A stretch of 64,000 nt of DNA from Eledone cirrhosa (lineage: Eukaryota). Shown here piece after piece: positions 11,137 to 26,042 of the stretch. The stretch is from positions 304,420,001 through 304,484,000 of the forward strand of contig OZ024740.1 in assembly GCA_964016885.1 (NCBI GenBank), read 5' to 3'. The notes below the pieces were generated by a model that had not been told where the DNA came from, did not search any database, and was given only the letters and a program-made list of their open reading frames with translations. Position 1 is the first letter of the stretch. Each line of letters starts with the position of its first letter. The position numbers and the translations under genes were made by a program.

Positions 11137-12860
11137 GTAATTAATATGATTAGCACCTATCAATGTTGGTTAGTAAAAAAAGGTTTAAAAAATTGTGATC
11201 CGAAATCGTATCATGTTTTTAAATCTGTTAACATCTAGATTTCATTTTTTATTGAAATCTTTTTTTTATATATATATTTTTTCTTTTAATATTCTTTAAT
11301 GCTTTGTTTTTTTTCTTCTCTGATTGCTGTTTCAGTACATGTGGGAGCTATTTTATTGAGCTCAGCAATTTTTTTTCGACTATTTCTCTCGTTAAGTGAT
11401 TAAATGATTCATTCGTAAAGAAGCCCAAACAATCCAGCATGCAACAGTGCTACTGCTACTGTGAACCGTTCAACCCCTATGTGTATGTGTTTTGATTAGC
11501 TCAGACTTGTAGATTAATATTAGTGCTCACTACTACTCTAAGATATTTCTAAATGTTTTAACTTTTAGCATTGACTGGTGATGAGTTATATTAAAATAAT
11601 TATGTCTACATTTCTTTTCATAAAAAGTTTAAATGGTCGTTTTTCTCAACTAATAAGCTGTTTACCCCCTCCCTCCAATTCCGTTAGATCTTACGTGCTG
11701 TGTTTAGGACTGCAGCAAGCTTCACCGCCACTTCTTAATGTCGAAGGAAAAAGACTACATTGATCATGGCTTGCTAAAAAAAAAATATTGTTCTTTATTT
11801 AGCACAAGTTTTCTGTTTTTTCCACCATAGAATTGGTTTTTATATATTAAATTCTAAGTCATTTTACAAAATCTTAAATAAAATCAAGACTCAAGAATGG
11901 ATTGTTGATTTGAATAAAGGCCGCACTAGTTGATTTAAAATGTTGAAATGCTTGAGTAAATCCTTAAAGCTGAAAAAAGTCTACACCTGCTCGCCAGTTT
12001 TCTGTGTTTCACCATTTAATCTATTTACCATACATCACCATGTAGAAGCTTTAAAGACCGCTTTATATTTTATCAGTCAGTATTTCGATGGTGATGTTTG
12101 TTCTTCTCTCTCTCTCCCTCTCTTCATTATTGTAAACAAGTTAGAAGGAAGAAATATGATTTACCTATTTCGGAAACAAAATTCTCGATGTGAGAAATAA
12201 TACGTGAAGTTAATGCTGGACTCTAAAATTAGTCGATGTGTTGAATGTAGATGGATGAGGGCGGTTAGCCTTGATTGAAAGCTTTTTTTTCCCTCGCATA
12301 ATTTTGAATAGGTTTTACTTTTTTTTCTATTCAAAAATATTTTCCCCAACATTTATTTAGTAAAAAATCTGTGTTACAGCGAAAATGGAAGAAAAAAAAA
12401 TCTAAATTAGATTTAATATGAAAACAGTGGACACGTTAAATCTGTGGCTACACGTTAAAGCTAGTGCTGTTTATTACAGATCATTACCATACACCTGCTG
12501 TGTCTGTGTAACACAGCAATTCCTTGTTTTTATTGTCTAGTAGTTACAGGTATGCAAGGAAGTCTTATCTGGGTACTGCGTAGAAAATTATTTACTGGAA
12601 AGATAGAAATTAACATCTCATCACAATCCCGCGAATTTGGCTTCATTTAAAAAAAGAAATTGTATAGTCAGTCATTAAGAAATTTTTGGTTTTCATTTCT
12701 TTTTTTTTTGTGTCGATTTAATTAGTTCTTTTGCAGACAAGGAAGGTCAAAATGATCACATCCGAAATATTAGCAGTTTTCTTCCGCTGGTTCTCACATG
12801 TAGATGTATTTGTCCACATGTGACGAGTCAGATAAGTTTCATAATTAGGCTTTCATTGAA

Positions 12861-12861
12861 T

Positions 12862-12909
<48 letters not shown>

Positions 12910-12946
12910 ATATGTATATATACACATAGGAGTGTGTGTGTGTATG

Positions 12947-13008
<62 letters not shown>
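12861..13008. repeat. (TG)n/(TA)n microsatellite
   Basis: Directly visible. Confidence 0.95.
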
Positions 13009-13010
<2 letters not shown>

Positions 13011-13670
13011 AAATGTGTATACAAATATATATTTCATATAAAAATATTTAATTGATTTATTTTTTATTATATGTGTGCTAGTGTACCCGTGTCACAAAAC
13101 ATGTCAAGTTTTATTAATCTAGAGAATGGCGTATACATTGAATACGATGAGTGAAAACAGATTTCAGCCCTAAAACTTCAAATTTAGTATTCAATAGGGA
13201 CCAATAAATCGTGAATCTGATAGAGTAATGATGTCTCAATTGTATATATAATAAGCATATAGACCTTTGAGCTGTGAAAAAATGAGAGGTATCACTGAAC
13301 GGCTTATTGATTTTGTCAGCTAGGTCCAGGAGAATATTTGTATGGCTCACTGAACTTTAAAGAAATAATAAGTGTTGTGATATTTATATTTGATATGAAC
13401 AAGATGGGATATTGTAATGTCTTTACTTTTCAGAAGAGAATTTATAGGTCCCTTTTTAGTATTCAAGTCTAAAATTAAAATGTATTACTATAAGAAGAAT
13501 AAGTCAAAAGTTATAAAAGTTTAATTAAAAATGATAACAGTATATTTAAGAATATTACAATATCATTTACAAAAATGTGAAGGATTTGTTTCCTATTTTA
13601 CCGGCACATTGAAATGATTCAGCAGTAACAACAAACTACTTAGTTTTTGTTTATACACCTCCTACGTACC

Positions 13671-14362
13671 TTAACCCTTTTCATATCAATCCACTTAAAA
13701 CTGACCCTGGTTTTATGATACAACGCTGCCTGTTTTAAAGGTTTCCAATTTGAATAAAAATCTTCCAACATAATTTTATATAAGAACCTTATATTAAGTT
13801 ACTATCTTAGTAATGAAATAATCATCATCATCATCGTTTTTACGTCCTCTTGTCCATGCTTTAGTAAATCCCTCAAAATTCTTCATTAATTAATTAAATT
13901 AGAGTGTATTTCATTAGAAATGTAGTAATGAAACAGTTAACCCTTTTGATACCAACCCACTTAAAACTGACCCTGGTTTTATGATAGAAAACTGTTTGTT
14001 TTAAAAAGTTAATATTTTACCCTTTTATTATATTTCCGATGTTAAACACTGCTTATAATTTTGAAAATAATTAGAAATTTGAAGGAATTTATTAATATAA
14101 CTTTCTAATTTTTAAGCTGGTGCTTGGAACTTAGCATTTCGTACCAACCCTCTGGTTCTATGAAACAAAATCATCCACTTTAAAGGTTTCCTTTTTATAT
14201 TAAAACCTTCCAACATAATTTTATATTCAAATGTTTTGTTAACTTATGTTATAAATACTATCTTAATAATGAAATAATAATAATTTTAGTAAAAACCTCC
14301 AAATTCTTCAATTAGAATGCAGTGCATTTCATTTTATTAGAAATATAGTAACAAAGGGTTAA
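13671..14362 (+). mobile_element. Tandem copies of a TTAA-flanked MITE (piggyBac-type ends)
   Basis: TTAACCCTTT...AGGGTTAA termini; two copies share the TTAA at 13937-13940. Confidence 0.75.
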
Positions 14363-14649
14363 TTTGTTTGTGTATAATATATATACTGCTGAAAAAACCC
14401 TTAAAAGATATGCAATATCTAGACAGTCCTCAACAGTTTATTATATCACTGTAAGAAATAAAATGATATGAAATACTGGAAAATAAAAATTCATAAAGAT
14501 TATGTCTCTCATACTGAATGTTTGTTTGATTTACTTTCTCTTTTCTCTAACAATAACATGTTAGATTCTTCAGTTCAGTAAAATATAATTAATAAAAGGA
14601 TGATAAATAAAAATACTAATCGTTCTTCAACTTTATCTCACAATAGTCA

Positions 14650-15170
14650 ACTGAGACACCCTACTTCATGGGGAGGTAAATCCTTTAAGGTATGATAATA
14701 CTTATTCCACCCATGCCCTAACACTCTGCTCCTAATACACGTCCCTAGATCTACCCCCCGAAGTCCCCAGCCCACACTGTAAAGTAGTTGTGATGACGAC
14801 ACGACAAAATGTACACTTCGCATATGGTAAAGTGGCCATATAGGTATCATAGCAAAAAAGCATCCAACCTACATGGTAAAGGGGTCATGTAGGTGTCATG
14901 ACAAAAAGCATCCCGCCCACATGATAAAGTGGTCATGTAGGTGTCATGACAAAAAGCACCCAGTTCACACTGTAAAGTGGTCGTGTAGGCGACATGACAG
15001 AAAACTCCTAGTCCACGCTGTAAAGTGGTTGGCATTAGGAAGGGTATCCAGCCATAGAAACCAAACCAGAACCAGTTCTGTTTGAGCAAGACACGGTCAC
15101 CTGATATGACTTTTCTCACAACTCATCTAATCCATGATAGCTTGTAGAAATGGATGTTAAGTGATGATAG
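14650..15170 (+). mobile_element. RTE 3' UTR fragment with about 41-bp internal repeats
   Basis: GTGGTCATGTAGGTGTCATGACAAAAAGCA units, then GTGGTTGGCATTAGGAAGGG..CCAGC and a GAT tail, as in 52200-52540. Confidence 0.7.
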
Positions 15171-17502
15171 TAAAGTAAAAAAAACAATTGTAATTAACAC
15201 TTGGATCTTACTAATCCATCTAAAATTCTCATAAGTGATTCTACTTTCCTTGATGTATTGAGTGCCAATTGTCTCCTTTTCGGTTTCCTACTAAAATGTG
15301 GCCTTTTAGACGGTATTAAATGAAATTATATTGGGACAAATAAATAAATGTAGGGAGGGTGAGTGTATAAATTAAAACAAACGTGGCAAACTACTATGAA
15401 GTATAATTTAAAGAGGAGTGATGACCAAGAGATTAATTGAGGGGGCAACAGTGAAAGGATGGTGGGTGTGTGGAGCGGGACAATGGTAGTTATATGTTGG
15501 TTGTTGGTAGTAGTAGGTTGAGTAATAGAGTTGTGTCATGGTAGGTGAGAACTAGTGATAGATAATAACAGAGAAGTGGATGACACTTAAGAGACTCATG
15601 GGAAAGAATATAATCAGAAGGGAGGTAGGTGTAAAAGCCAAACTCACTATCTTCAATTCAGTAGTCGTGTCAACTCTTACCTATGGTTATGAATCTTAGG
15701 TAATCATCATCACATCATCATCACCATTTTACGTCCACGCTAGCATGGGTTAGACGGGTTGTCCTGTTGTGGGCAATGCCAGGTTGGGGAACTGATTTTG
15801 GCTTGATTTCTACAGCTGGATGTCCTTCCTAACACCAACTTCATTTACAGTGAGTACACAATTGTGAATACAAGACACTGATGTGGGGTTCGTTCGAAGA
15901 TCTTTAAAGTAATGTTACTCGATACAGTGTGTAGCTCAGAGATGAGAGAGTCGCTTCAGGTAGAGAGATTACATCCCTGATACTATAGGTATGTGGTTAG
16001 AATGTTTCAGGAAAGAATCGCTGGACAGATTTTAGGGCAAAATCAACTAGCAGGAGACCCTGAGGGAGATGGATAAATTCCATGAGCTTGGCTGGTTTTG
16101 CTTAGGGATTCAGCTGGGTCAGTTGGAAACGGTTGCTTTTGACAGGACCTGCGGGAAGGAGTGTTTGAGAACTCTGCAGCAAGAGCACACTTGATCTTGG
16201 CTCTATCAAATACTCTGATGGCTCCTAAGACGTAATTAACAGTTTTTGTTGTCTCAGTGATCTAATTTTCCAGGTTTATAGTAGCTAGAGTCAGAATCAG
16301 TTGGAAAAAGTGTAGGGCAGATTGTATGATGCTTGTGTGTGATGCTGCATGGGAGTGAGATTTAGCCTTGAACACAGGGTTTGAAAAAACTGAAAAGAAA
16401 TTAGACAAATATACTCCGGTGAATGAAGGGGTCAGGTACAGTATAGAAGAGAGACAGTTGCACTGATGTGGGCATATGATGCTTATGGAGAATGCAGCTG
16501 CATAAAGAAACATAGGGCACTTACAGTAGATGGAACCCGTGGAAGAGGAAAACCTAGGAAAGTGGTGAAAGCTAAACCTCACAATGGAAAGGATAAGAAG
16601 TGCAATGATTGGTGATGACAACTAGCCCTCCCCTGCAAGCAGGATGAAATGGGCATTGAAAGTCTGGAGGCTGAATGATATATCTATATTTAGGTACCCT
16701 GCCCAATATGTCACCCTTAAGTTTCTTTCTGTTGCCTGCCCCTTCCCCACCTCCTCGATTTCTTTTCTCTTAATCACTCTTGCTTCTCCTCTCGCTTATT
16801 CACAGTTCATGTAACCAGGGATAGCTCAGGATCTATCAGACCTGCACTGCCTTTTGACATTCACCCTACCACCCATTCTTGTCTTCACTGCATGATTCTG
16901 CCCACAGTCCTGTATATATCCAGTCCCTCCCCACCTCTTCAATCTTATAAATCTACTCCTTTCCACCATAACCCCTTCTGAGCTACTAGCCATTACTTCC
17001 TTCTCTCAAAGCCACTTCTAGCAATACCTATCAGCCAACACTTGGGCTCTCTCTCAACAACAGACAAGTAGCTATGTAGCTCCTCTGAAGTAGCTCCCTT
17101 CAAAGAGCCTCTTCTTACTCATGCCCCCTATTCCATTGCTGATTCTCATTACTATGCTGAAGACACAATGACCCTGTGTGTTGATATCATGAAAAAGGTG
17201 TTCATTACACTTTTTTAAATGTTAATGCTAGTACCATAATAATATACACCCAGTACACTCTGTATGGTGAAATTGCATCCAGTACACTGTAAAATGGTTG
17301 TTAGCAAAGAAGACCAGTCATGTAAACAATGTCAAAAAATGGAATGTATGAGCAAGACGTGGTTTTCCAAGCCATCTATTCTTGGACCACGACAACCTAT
17401 CCAACCCATGAACAGTGTTGTATTTATTTGGCAAGAGACCTGATAATATGCATATCCAGCTTTCAACTTTAGTACATTTTGCCAGTCATGATGTTCAGCT
17501 TC

Positions 17503-17742
17503 TTAACCCTTTAGTTACCAACCTGGCCAAAACCAGCCCTGGTTCAATGGAATAAAGCCACCCATTTTAAAGGTTTCCAATTTAAATTAAAATCTTTCAA
17601 CATAATTTCATATAAGAACCTTACATTAAGTTACTATTTTAGTAATGAAGTTATTGATAATTTTAGTAAATCCCTAAAAATTCTTCATTAATCAATTAAA
17701 ACCGAGTGTATTTCATTAGAAATGCAGTCATGAAAGGGTTAA
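17503..17742 (+). mobile_element. About 240-bp MITE with a TTAA target and CCCTTT/AAAGGG ends (representative copy)
   Basis: TTAACCCTTT...AAAGGGTTAA. Related copies at 37653-37897, 38216-38431(-), 39445-39684(-), 41130-41355, 46586-46814(-), 52541-52986(-), 55024-55374, 58127-58336(-) and 61318-61685. Confidence 0.85.
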
Positions 17743-18229
17743 GGTCAATTTTTACTACTTAGTCTCCCTCTTCCATTGGTTTCAACCACTTCCAGTACTC
17801 AACATTTCTTTATACAGATGGTATCCTTCAAAAGCATTACATGCCTGTACCAGCTCAGTCTTCCCTCTTTTGCACTATATACAATTTCTCTTATATTCAG
17901 CTTTTCTCTCAATTCATTTATCCCCTACCCTTTATACACACTAATTTTACATATCCAGCAGAGATCATCTGCATACAAGAATTTCCATCATCTATGCTTA
18001 TTGCACAACTCTCAATACTTATTGTTTAATGGGTGTATAATCTTTATTAAATATGTATCATTTAATCTAGGTGCAAGCCTGGTTGTGTGGTTAAGAAGGA
18101 AAGGTTCACAGCCACATGGTTTTAGGTCATTTGAGTGCCTTTTACTCCAACCATAGGTTGACCAATGCTTTGTGAGAAAAATTTGGAAAATGGAAACAAT
18201 GCTGAAGCTCACTGCATGTGTGTTTGTAT

Positions 18230-19755
18230 CATCATCATCATTTTTATGTCCATTTTTCCATGCTTGCATGGGTTAGATGGGTCCTTTACAGCACAGCATC
18301 TTTCCACTCGCCACATTTCTTCATGAGTCTCAGCGATTTGAGGTCACCTCTCACCACCTCTTTTTCTTCAGTCTATCTCTAACCACCTCTGCCCAGGTTT
18401 TTTTCAGTCTACCTCTACTGCAGCTTCCTTCCACTGGTATTTCCTGGCACTTCTTCACCCATTAATCACCATTCATGTGCATCATATGTCTGTATCAACG
18501 CTGTCTTCTCTCCAGCACACCACCTTGGATTCCTCTTAAACCCAGTTTCTCCCTCAGCTTTTCTCTCATATTTATATTGCACATCCAATGAAGCCTAGCT
18601 GCATCGTTTCTTTCCAGTCTACACATCTTCTGCAGCCACTGCCCTATCATGCAGCATTGTACTTCATACACAGGCGTCATACAGTCGTCTTTTTGTATGT
18701 AGGGAGAAACCTTTTGTTGTCAACAGTGGCAGTAGCTCTCTAAACTTCTTTCATCTTATACATATTCTAGCTATTATGCTCTCAAAACACTCTCCTCTGC
18801 TGCTGTATATATATGTATGTATAAAACTCATCACTATCATTTAACATCTGCTTTTCCACACTGGTAACCCATGCTAGCGTGGAAAATGGACATTAAACGA
18901 AGATGATGATGATAATATATATATATATATCATCATAATCATTTTACGTCTGCTTTTCCCTGCTTGCAAGGGTGGGACATCCTGTTGTGGGCAATGCCCG
19001 GTCGGCTGACCTTGTTTTGCTCATACGGGAACTGATTCTGGCTTGATTTCTACAGCTGGATGCCCTTCCTAACACCAACCTCATTTACAGTGAGTGGTGA
19101 ATGCTTTTTTTCCGTGGCATCTCCACGACCACTTTGCAGTGGAATGATAGGGACCCCAGTCCTACCATCTCATTTCTGGAGCAATGTGAAATAAAGTGTC
19201 TTGCTCAAGGAAACAACACATCACCCGGCCCGAGCATTGAACTCACAACCTTTCAATTGCAAGCCCAATGCCCTAACCACTAACCCATGCGCCTTATATA
19301 TATATATATATATCATCATCACCGTTTTACGTCCGTTCTTCCACGCTAGCATGGGTTAGACGGGTTGTCCTGTTGTGGGCAGTGTCTGGTCGACTGACCA
19401 TGCCTTGCTCATACAGGAACTGATCTGGCTTGATTTCTACAGCTGGATGCCCTTCCTAACACCAACCTCATTTACAGTGAGTGCTGGGTGCTTTTTCGTG
19501 GCGCCTACACGTCCACTTTACAGTGTGGGCTGGGTGCTTTTTTGCCGTGGCACCTCCACGACCACCTTGCGGTGGGGGGGGGGGGGGCATATTGTTTATA
19601 TGCTTCAGCATGTACCCATGGGAGGTCGGGTACCCTGTATTACTGCGTGACGCCAGAAGTCACGGTCGTGTGTCATTGACTTTGAGAGGTGTAGTTGGGT
19701 AAGGTCGGCTTTTATCACCTCATCCCAAGTCATCTTGGGTCTCCCCACTCCGCGG
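18230..19755 (-). mobile_element. Cluster of RTE 3' fragments and a CORE-type SINE piece
   Basis: RLERNDAARLHWMCNI and GVGRPKMTWDEVIKADL peptides, repeated (CAT)n-led RTE tails, and a reverse SINE head at about 19170-19295. Confidence 0.75.
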
Positions 19756-19999
19756 TTATATATATATATATATATATATCCACAACTTAACCGCACCATC
19801 CGGAGAAGCCTTCTAAGTTATATTTCATGTTTATGTCATAATTTGGACACCATAACCCATTTCAGAAGGGATTTGTTGGCTGAAACATATCCAGTTGCAC
19901 AGGGTTTATCTGTTTGGAGGTTATGGGATCTTTTTCTTAAGAGATTTGTTTTGGTATGATGTTGAAAAAGCAAGGCAAGTTGAGGTGAACTAGTTTTGT

Positions 20000-21300
20000 T
20001 TTGCTGTTATGTAATGCAAGCTCAATTTTTGTAGGGGATATATGGTGCGGGACCTAAGCCTCAGTTGGTGTCAACATCATTTGGGCAATATTGATGGAAT
20101 ATTTTCCACATTATACAAATGATGCAGTGCTCCTAGCAGCATTGGAAAGAGTTGACTTTGGGGTTTTCAAGTGAATCCCAGTAATGCCATTTATTCTTTT
20201 TGTAATATACCTCTGGGCTGTTTCAGTTTTCATGTGGGGAGAGGGTAACTTCAAATGAGACCAAGAAAAGGTAAAGAAGAAAAAGATAATGTCATCTGGA
20301 TCTCTAGTCCTGAAAGTTTTAAGGATACAGGAACACATTACTCAATTTTGTTGTTGATGTGGGAGCTCCAACTCAGGTTGTTGTCAACAGTTACATGTTT
20401 TTAATGTTATTTGATGCCTCAAGGTGTTCTCTTGAAGGAAGAAAATATGGTTGTTTAACTCTTAACAATCTGAAATGATTTAGCAGAAAATGTCTAAAAA
20501 AAATGGGGTATATTAACTCAAATGTTTATAGTCTTTACTATTGTGAAAACTTTCAATATTAGAGTAGTGACTTGAAGTTTAAAATGTGATGCAGTTTTAT
20601 ATTTTTTAAGAATATATTGCTAATGTGGTTTCAAATGATACATCATCGCCGTTTAAGGTGTATTTTCCATGCTAGCATGGGTTAGATGAGTTGTCTCATT
20701 GTGAGACAAGCCAGGTTGGATGACTGTGTCATGCTCATACAGAACTGATTTTGACTTGGTTTCTATGACTGGATGCCCTTCCTAACACCAATCAATACAG
20801 TTAACGATATCCTTATTTCCTAAGTGGATTAATTCAAAATATTCCTTGTGTTGCAGCATATTGTTTTCTTTCCCTGTCCATTGAATCAGATTGATGATGT
20901 GTCTAGTCACCTACTCCACTGATCACCTGAAATTCAGAGTTAACTGCAAAAGATTATTATTTTGATATGTTTGATGACATATGTAAACAAATGAAGAGAA
21001 CTAGGCCTAAGACAGTACCTTGTGAGACTACACTAATGGCTTGATGTCACACAGTGTCTTGTGGGACATGACTAACCACATTTACTGGGCTTAATATCAC
21101 ACAGTGTCTTCTGTGACAAGACTAACCACATTTGCTGGGCTTGAGTCCCACAATGTGTTGTGGGACACCATTAATGACAATTATATGTAGGGTTCTGTTC
21201 ACTAGGAAACACTTAATACACCATATTGGTTGATTTTTGCAATATGATGCCATGATCAACTCTGTCAAAGGTTTGGCTGAACCCCAAGTTTATGGCATCT
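20000..21300 (-). mobile_element. Highly decayed CR1/L2-like LINE fragments
   Basis: Minus-strand FDRVDHGIIL, VSQGTVLGLVLF and ETAQRYITKRING remnants. Confidence 0.55.
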
Positions 21301-24074
21301 GTGTTGTAGCTCTCTCTCAAAACCTTTTTTGTATAATTACACCCAGTACATGCTGTAAAGTGGTTGGTGATAGGATGGGTATCCAGCCATATAAAGCTTG
21401 CCAAACAAGGCTTGGGAGGACTCTTCAGTCATGACAAGGACATGACAATGTCCCTGGTGTTGGTGATCTACATGATAAATGCACCCATTACATGCTGTAA
21501 AGGCATTGGCGATAGGAAGGGCATCCAGCTATAGAAAGCTTGCCAAACAAAGGTTGTGTCAAAGACATGACAAAACCTCTTCTGTGTACTCAGTAGAACA
21601 TGAGACAGTACGTTAGATGTGGATCCCCCCAACCTGTCTGTGAGGTCAGTAACCCCACTTCAGTACTGACTTAGTCTATGTAGACTCTCCCAACCCTTTG
21701 GGTAATTTTTGTCGTGACATAGCTTTTTTATCATCATCATCAATTAACATCCATCTTCCACGCTAGCATGGGTTAGATGGGTCCTATTTTGAGGCAAGTT
21801 GTGTTAGGTGACCATGTCTTGCTCATATAGGGGTGTTTCTGGCTGGTTTTCTATGGTTGGATGCCCTTCCTAACGCCAATCACATTTACAATGTGGGCTG
21901 GGTGCTTTTTGCCGTGTCTTTTACACATCCACTATACACACACACACACACATATTTGTAAGTCTGTGTATATGTATATGTGCGCAAGAGAGAATGTTTG
22001 ATATGTATGTACCATATCGTCACAAACATACAAACATTCATAAATATACATATGTATATGTACACTTACATATATATTCTTTATTTTTATTCTTTAACCT
22101 TATGATTGTGAGTTTAACACGCTATGTATGCCTCTGCATGTGACCCTACTCCCTTTTGTATGTGACAATTCCCTGTTCCTCCATTGTAACCTTACTTCAG
22201 ACTATGCACTTTACTTTTCTTCCCATTCCCCATTCTCTTTCATTTATCATCTACTCTCTTTTTCTATCACTAGCTATTCCTCTTTTTATATTTCCCACCC
22301 TCTTCTCTTGTATGACAATACTAAAAAATCCTATTTCTGTTCTCATTGCAACTGTTGCTGTTGTGCTGAGAGAGAGAGAGAGATCAAAGAAGAGTTTGGC
22401 ATTAGAAATTTTATGAGAGAAAGGGGAATAAAGATAGATAGATAAAGAGAGGTTGAGAGGGTAAACGTAGAAGAAAACAGTTTTAAATTTAAACCAACAT
22501 TACATTAAGTAAATGTTTTGCTCAAACAACAGTGTTTATATTAAAGCAGACAACAGTTATACTTCATTAGGGCATTATTTTGTATTAGGTAAACATGGTT
22601 TTTTTTACCATCTAATACATCGATAAATGTTAGTAATATATTGAGACATGTTTACTCAATGTTGGTCACTAATTTCCTAATGACATATACTGTTAATACA
22701 ATATTCCCAGTACATGCTGTAAAGTGGTTGGCATTAGGAAGGGCATCCAGTCGTAGAAACCAAGCTAAAATAAAATCTATGAGCAAGACCTTGTCACCCG
22801 GCCAGTTTGGCCTCAGCATGTGACAGCAGTCTAATCTAAGCAAGTGTGGAAATTAGACGTTAAACGGTGGTGGTGATGATGGATATTGGTCACTAATTTC
22901 CTAGTGATGTATATTTAGAAGGATTCCAATGACCAATTATTGATCCCTGTAGAAAACCTCTCTCTTCCACGTTAGTTCATTCATGAAAAGTAAAGGAAAG
23001 AGAAATTAAAGCTGAACAACAGTTTGACATCAGGAATTTCATGTACAATGTATTTTATAGAATAATTTTTTGACTTCTCATTATAACTCTTTTTTAAATT
23101 TTTTTATTTCTTCATTGACCCACTATTAGTCTCTTCTATCATTGTTTCTCCATCACTTAACTTACTAGACACCCAGGTGCATGTTGCTACTTGATGAATT
23201 AGAAACCCTGATTCTCTTTTCATCACAGCAACACTAGATAAAACTGACAATATTCTTCTTCGCCTACTTATTCCTGAGAGGTTCGTGGGAGCAGAGTCCT
23301 CAAACTCTCCTTCCAGCGGGTTCTGTCAGAAGCAACCGTCTTCAACTGATGCCGGCTGAATCCCCAAGCGTGACCAGCGAAGCTCATGAATGTTATCTAA
23401 CCATCTCACTCGGGATCTACCTGGACAAAATCTACAATATTGTTTATTCTGATACTTTGCATTGAACAAATGACTGAAAATTCTGCTGTAATTCCTGCTT
23501 CAGTGAAAATACACACAGATTGTATTTTATTAATCAAATATTTTATAAAATGTGTCAAAATATATTGTTACTTTAATAAAATACCTAGGCACCACTGGGT
23601 AGTTCTGCTAGTAGATATACAACATGCACCTTTTTTGTTAATTCTCACTACCGTTTTTTTCTTTGTTGTCCATATTCTCTTTTTCACTCTAGTAACATTT
23701 CATAGTTTTTTCACCCCACCCCATCTGTTCGTTTATTTACACTTCCTTTTCGATTAGTTATGTATGTATTTTTGTATTTGTCTCTGCTGGCTTAGTTTTT
23801 GTTTTGCAGGAATGCATTCTTTGTTGCACTTGACTATTTATTGATTTATATAAGAAAAAAATATCCTTTTGTTTTGTGGGTTCCAGTTAAGAAAACGTGC
23901 TGTAAATTATTTTAGGCCAAAAGGCATGTATATGTTTAAGAGTACATTAGTTGACATATTTTTGCTGTACTATGGCTATACAAACAAAACCTTCAGTAGT
24001 ATAATGTTCGGCTAAAGAATAGAAACACTATAGTTGAGTACTAGATATTTGAAATAGAACTTAGATAGTTGAGG

Positions 24075-24204
24075 GAGATGTTTGGTCTTAAGGTGAAATA
24101 TGTTGCAGAACATATACTTGTACACCAAGCTGTAAGGAATTGGTACTGGATCAATTGGAAGAGAGTTAGTGGTGTGTGTGTGTGAGAGAGAGAGAAGGGT
24201 GGTG

Positions 24205-24235
<31 letters not shown>

Positions 24236-24510
24236 GGTGGTGGTGATATTTGGTCTTATGGTGAATATGTTGCAGAACATATATTTGTACACCAAGCTGT
24301 AAGGAATTGGTACTGGATCAATTGGAAGAGAGTTAGTGATATATATGTGTGTGTGTGTGTGAAAGAGAGAGAGAGAGAGAGAGAGGTAGTGATATTTGGT
24401 CTTTAGGTGAAATATGTAGCAGAACATATACTTGTACTTTCCAAGCTGGAAGGAATTGGTACTGGATCAATCGGAAGAGGGTTAGTGGTGTGTGTGTGAG
24501 AGAGAGAAAG
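24075..24510. repeat. Triple tandem repeat of a roughly 100-bp unit plus (TG)n(GA)n
   Basis: GATATTTGGTCTT..GGTGAAATATGTTGCAGAACATATA...GGAATTGGTACTGGATCAATTGGAAGAGAGTTAGTG occurs three times. Confidence 0.9.
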
Positions 24511-25702
24511 AAGTAGTGATAATAATAATTGTTTCTGCTTTTGGAACAAGGCCAGCAATTATCCCAGTACATTACTGGTACTTTATTTTATCGACCCCGT
24601 AAGGATGAAAGGCAAAGCTAACCTCGGCAGGATTTGAACTCAGACCGCAAAGGGACGTAACTCTATTCTGCAAAGCATGGTGTCCAAACCTCTACCGAAT
24701 AATGGTTTTTAATTTTAGCACAAGGCCATCAATTTAAGGAGTAGGTCTAAGTCACTTACATCGACTTTTACTTGTAATTTATTTTATTGACTCTGACAGG
24801 AGATACAAATCACAAAGTTAACTTTGTGATTTAAATTCAGAATGTAAAGAACTGGAACAAATACTGCTAAGCTTTTGTTTGGTGTTCTAATGATTCTGCC
24901 AGTGGTGGTGTATTAGTTGAGGAGTATAGGGTGAGAGAGGTTGGGTGGTAATGTAATAGGTTGAGATAGGTATAATGAGTAATTGAATACAAAGCAAACA
25001 CCCCCACCCCATCTTCTTTTACTTAGTGTAGTAAAGTGAATACTGGTATTGGATTATCTACTTATAGGTTGTCAGTTCAAACCTATTGTAGGTGTTTCAT
25101 TGTTTCTACAGTTGTTAGAATGTAGGATAAAATAATTTGAACTTTTGGCTCTCTGTATTCTGAGTTCAAATCTCACTCAGGTCATCTTTGCCTTTTATCC
25201 TTTCAAGGAAGATAATGAACCAGTCCAGCACAGTGGATTAATGGAATTGTTAGCAGGTTGGAGGAGGTGTCTTGCAGTTTTTGTTCTGTCCCTCTACGAC
25301 AATCTGGTTTCAAATCATGTGGCCTATTTGAGTGCTAAACTTAATCCATCATCAATTTTGACACCAGCACCCAGTCCTTTGAAAGCATTTGGATCAGGTC
25401 TCCAATTTGGGGACACCTTCCTCTCACCCTCCCACTAATCTCTGAGGCTCTGGAAAAGTTCATAGCCACTGTCCTTTCCTCACTGACTAAATAGTAAAAA
25501 ACAAAACAAGCAGGATATTTATGGTATTCATTTCCTGTCATGAAGCTGGAACTAAGAATTGGTACTCATTTATTCTCCTTGGGGCTTAGTCTTGGCATTT
25601 TTTACATTTCTGATAGTTTTATCGACTAGATTAACCATTTTAAAACATACAATTACTATATTTATGTAGGTTTTACACACACACACACACACACATCGTT
25701 GA

Positions 25703-26042
25703 GGCAGTGAATTGGCAGAGTCGTTAGAACATCAGATAGCATGCTTTGCAGTATTCGTTCTGACTTTCTGCTCTCTGAGTTCAAATCCTGCTGAGGACAA
25801 CTTTGTCTTTCATCCATTTAAGGTTGATAAAAAAAGTATCAGTCAAGTATGGGTCGATTCTTCCTCTATATCTCTTTCTCACTTCCTTTCTGTCACTCTA
25901 TCCTTCTCTGGAATAAATCTGCTGTATTCAGACCTGGAGAGGAAATGGGTTCCGCCTAGTTTTTAAAAAATGCTCTAGAAACACTGTATGTCAATACGGT
26001 CCCCCTGTGACTCCTTTAGGAGTTATGGGATCATACATACAT
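25703..26042 (+). mobile_element. tRNA-derived SINE with a Deu/Nin-like central domain
   Basis: A-box-like TGGCAGAGTCGTTAG, B-box GAGTTCAAATCC, and the central CTTTGTCTTTCATCC..GGTTGATAAA block; a sister copy at 36393-36710 has the same tail. Confidence 0.75.
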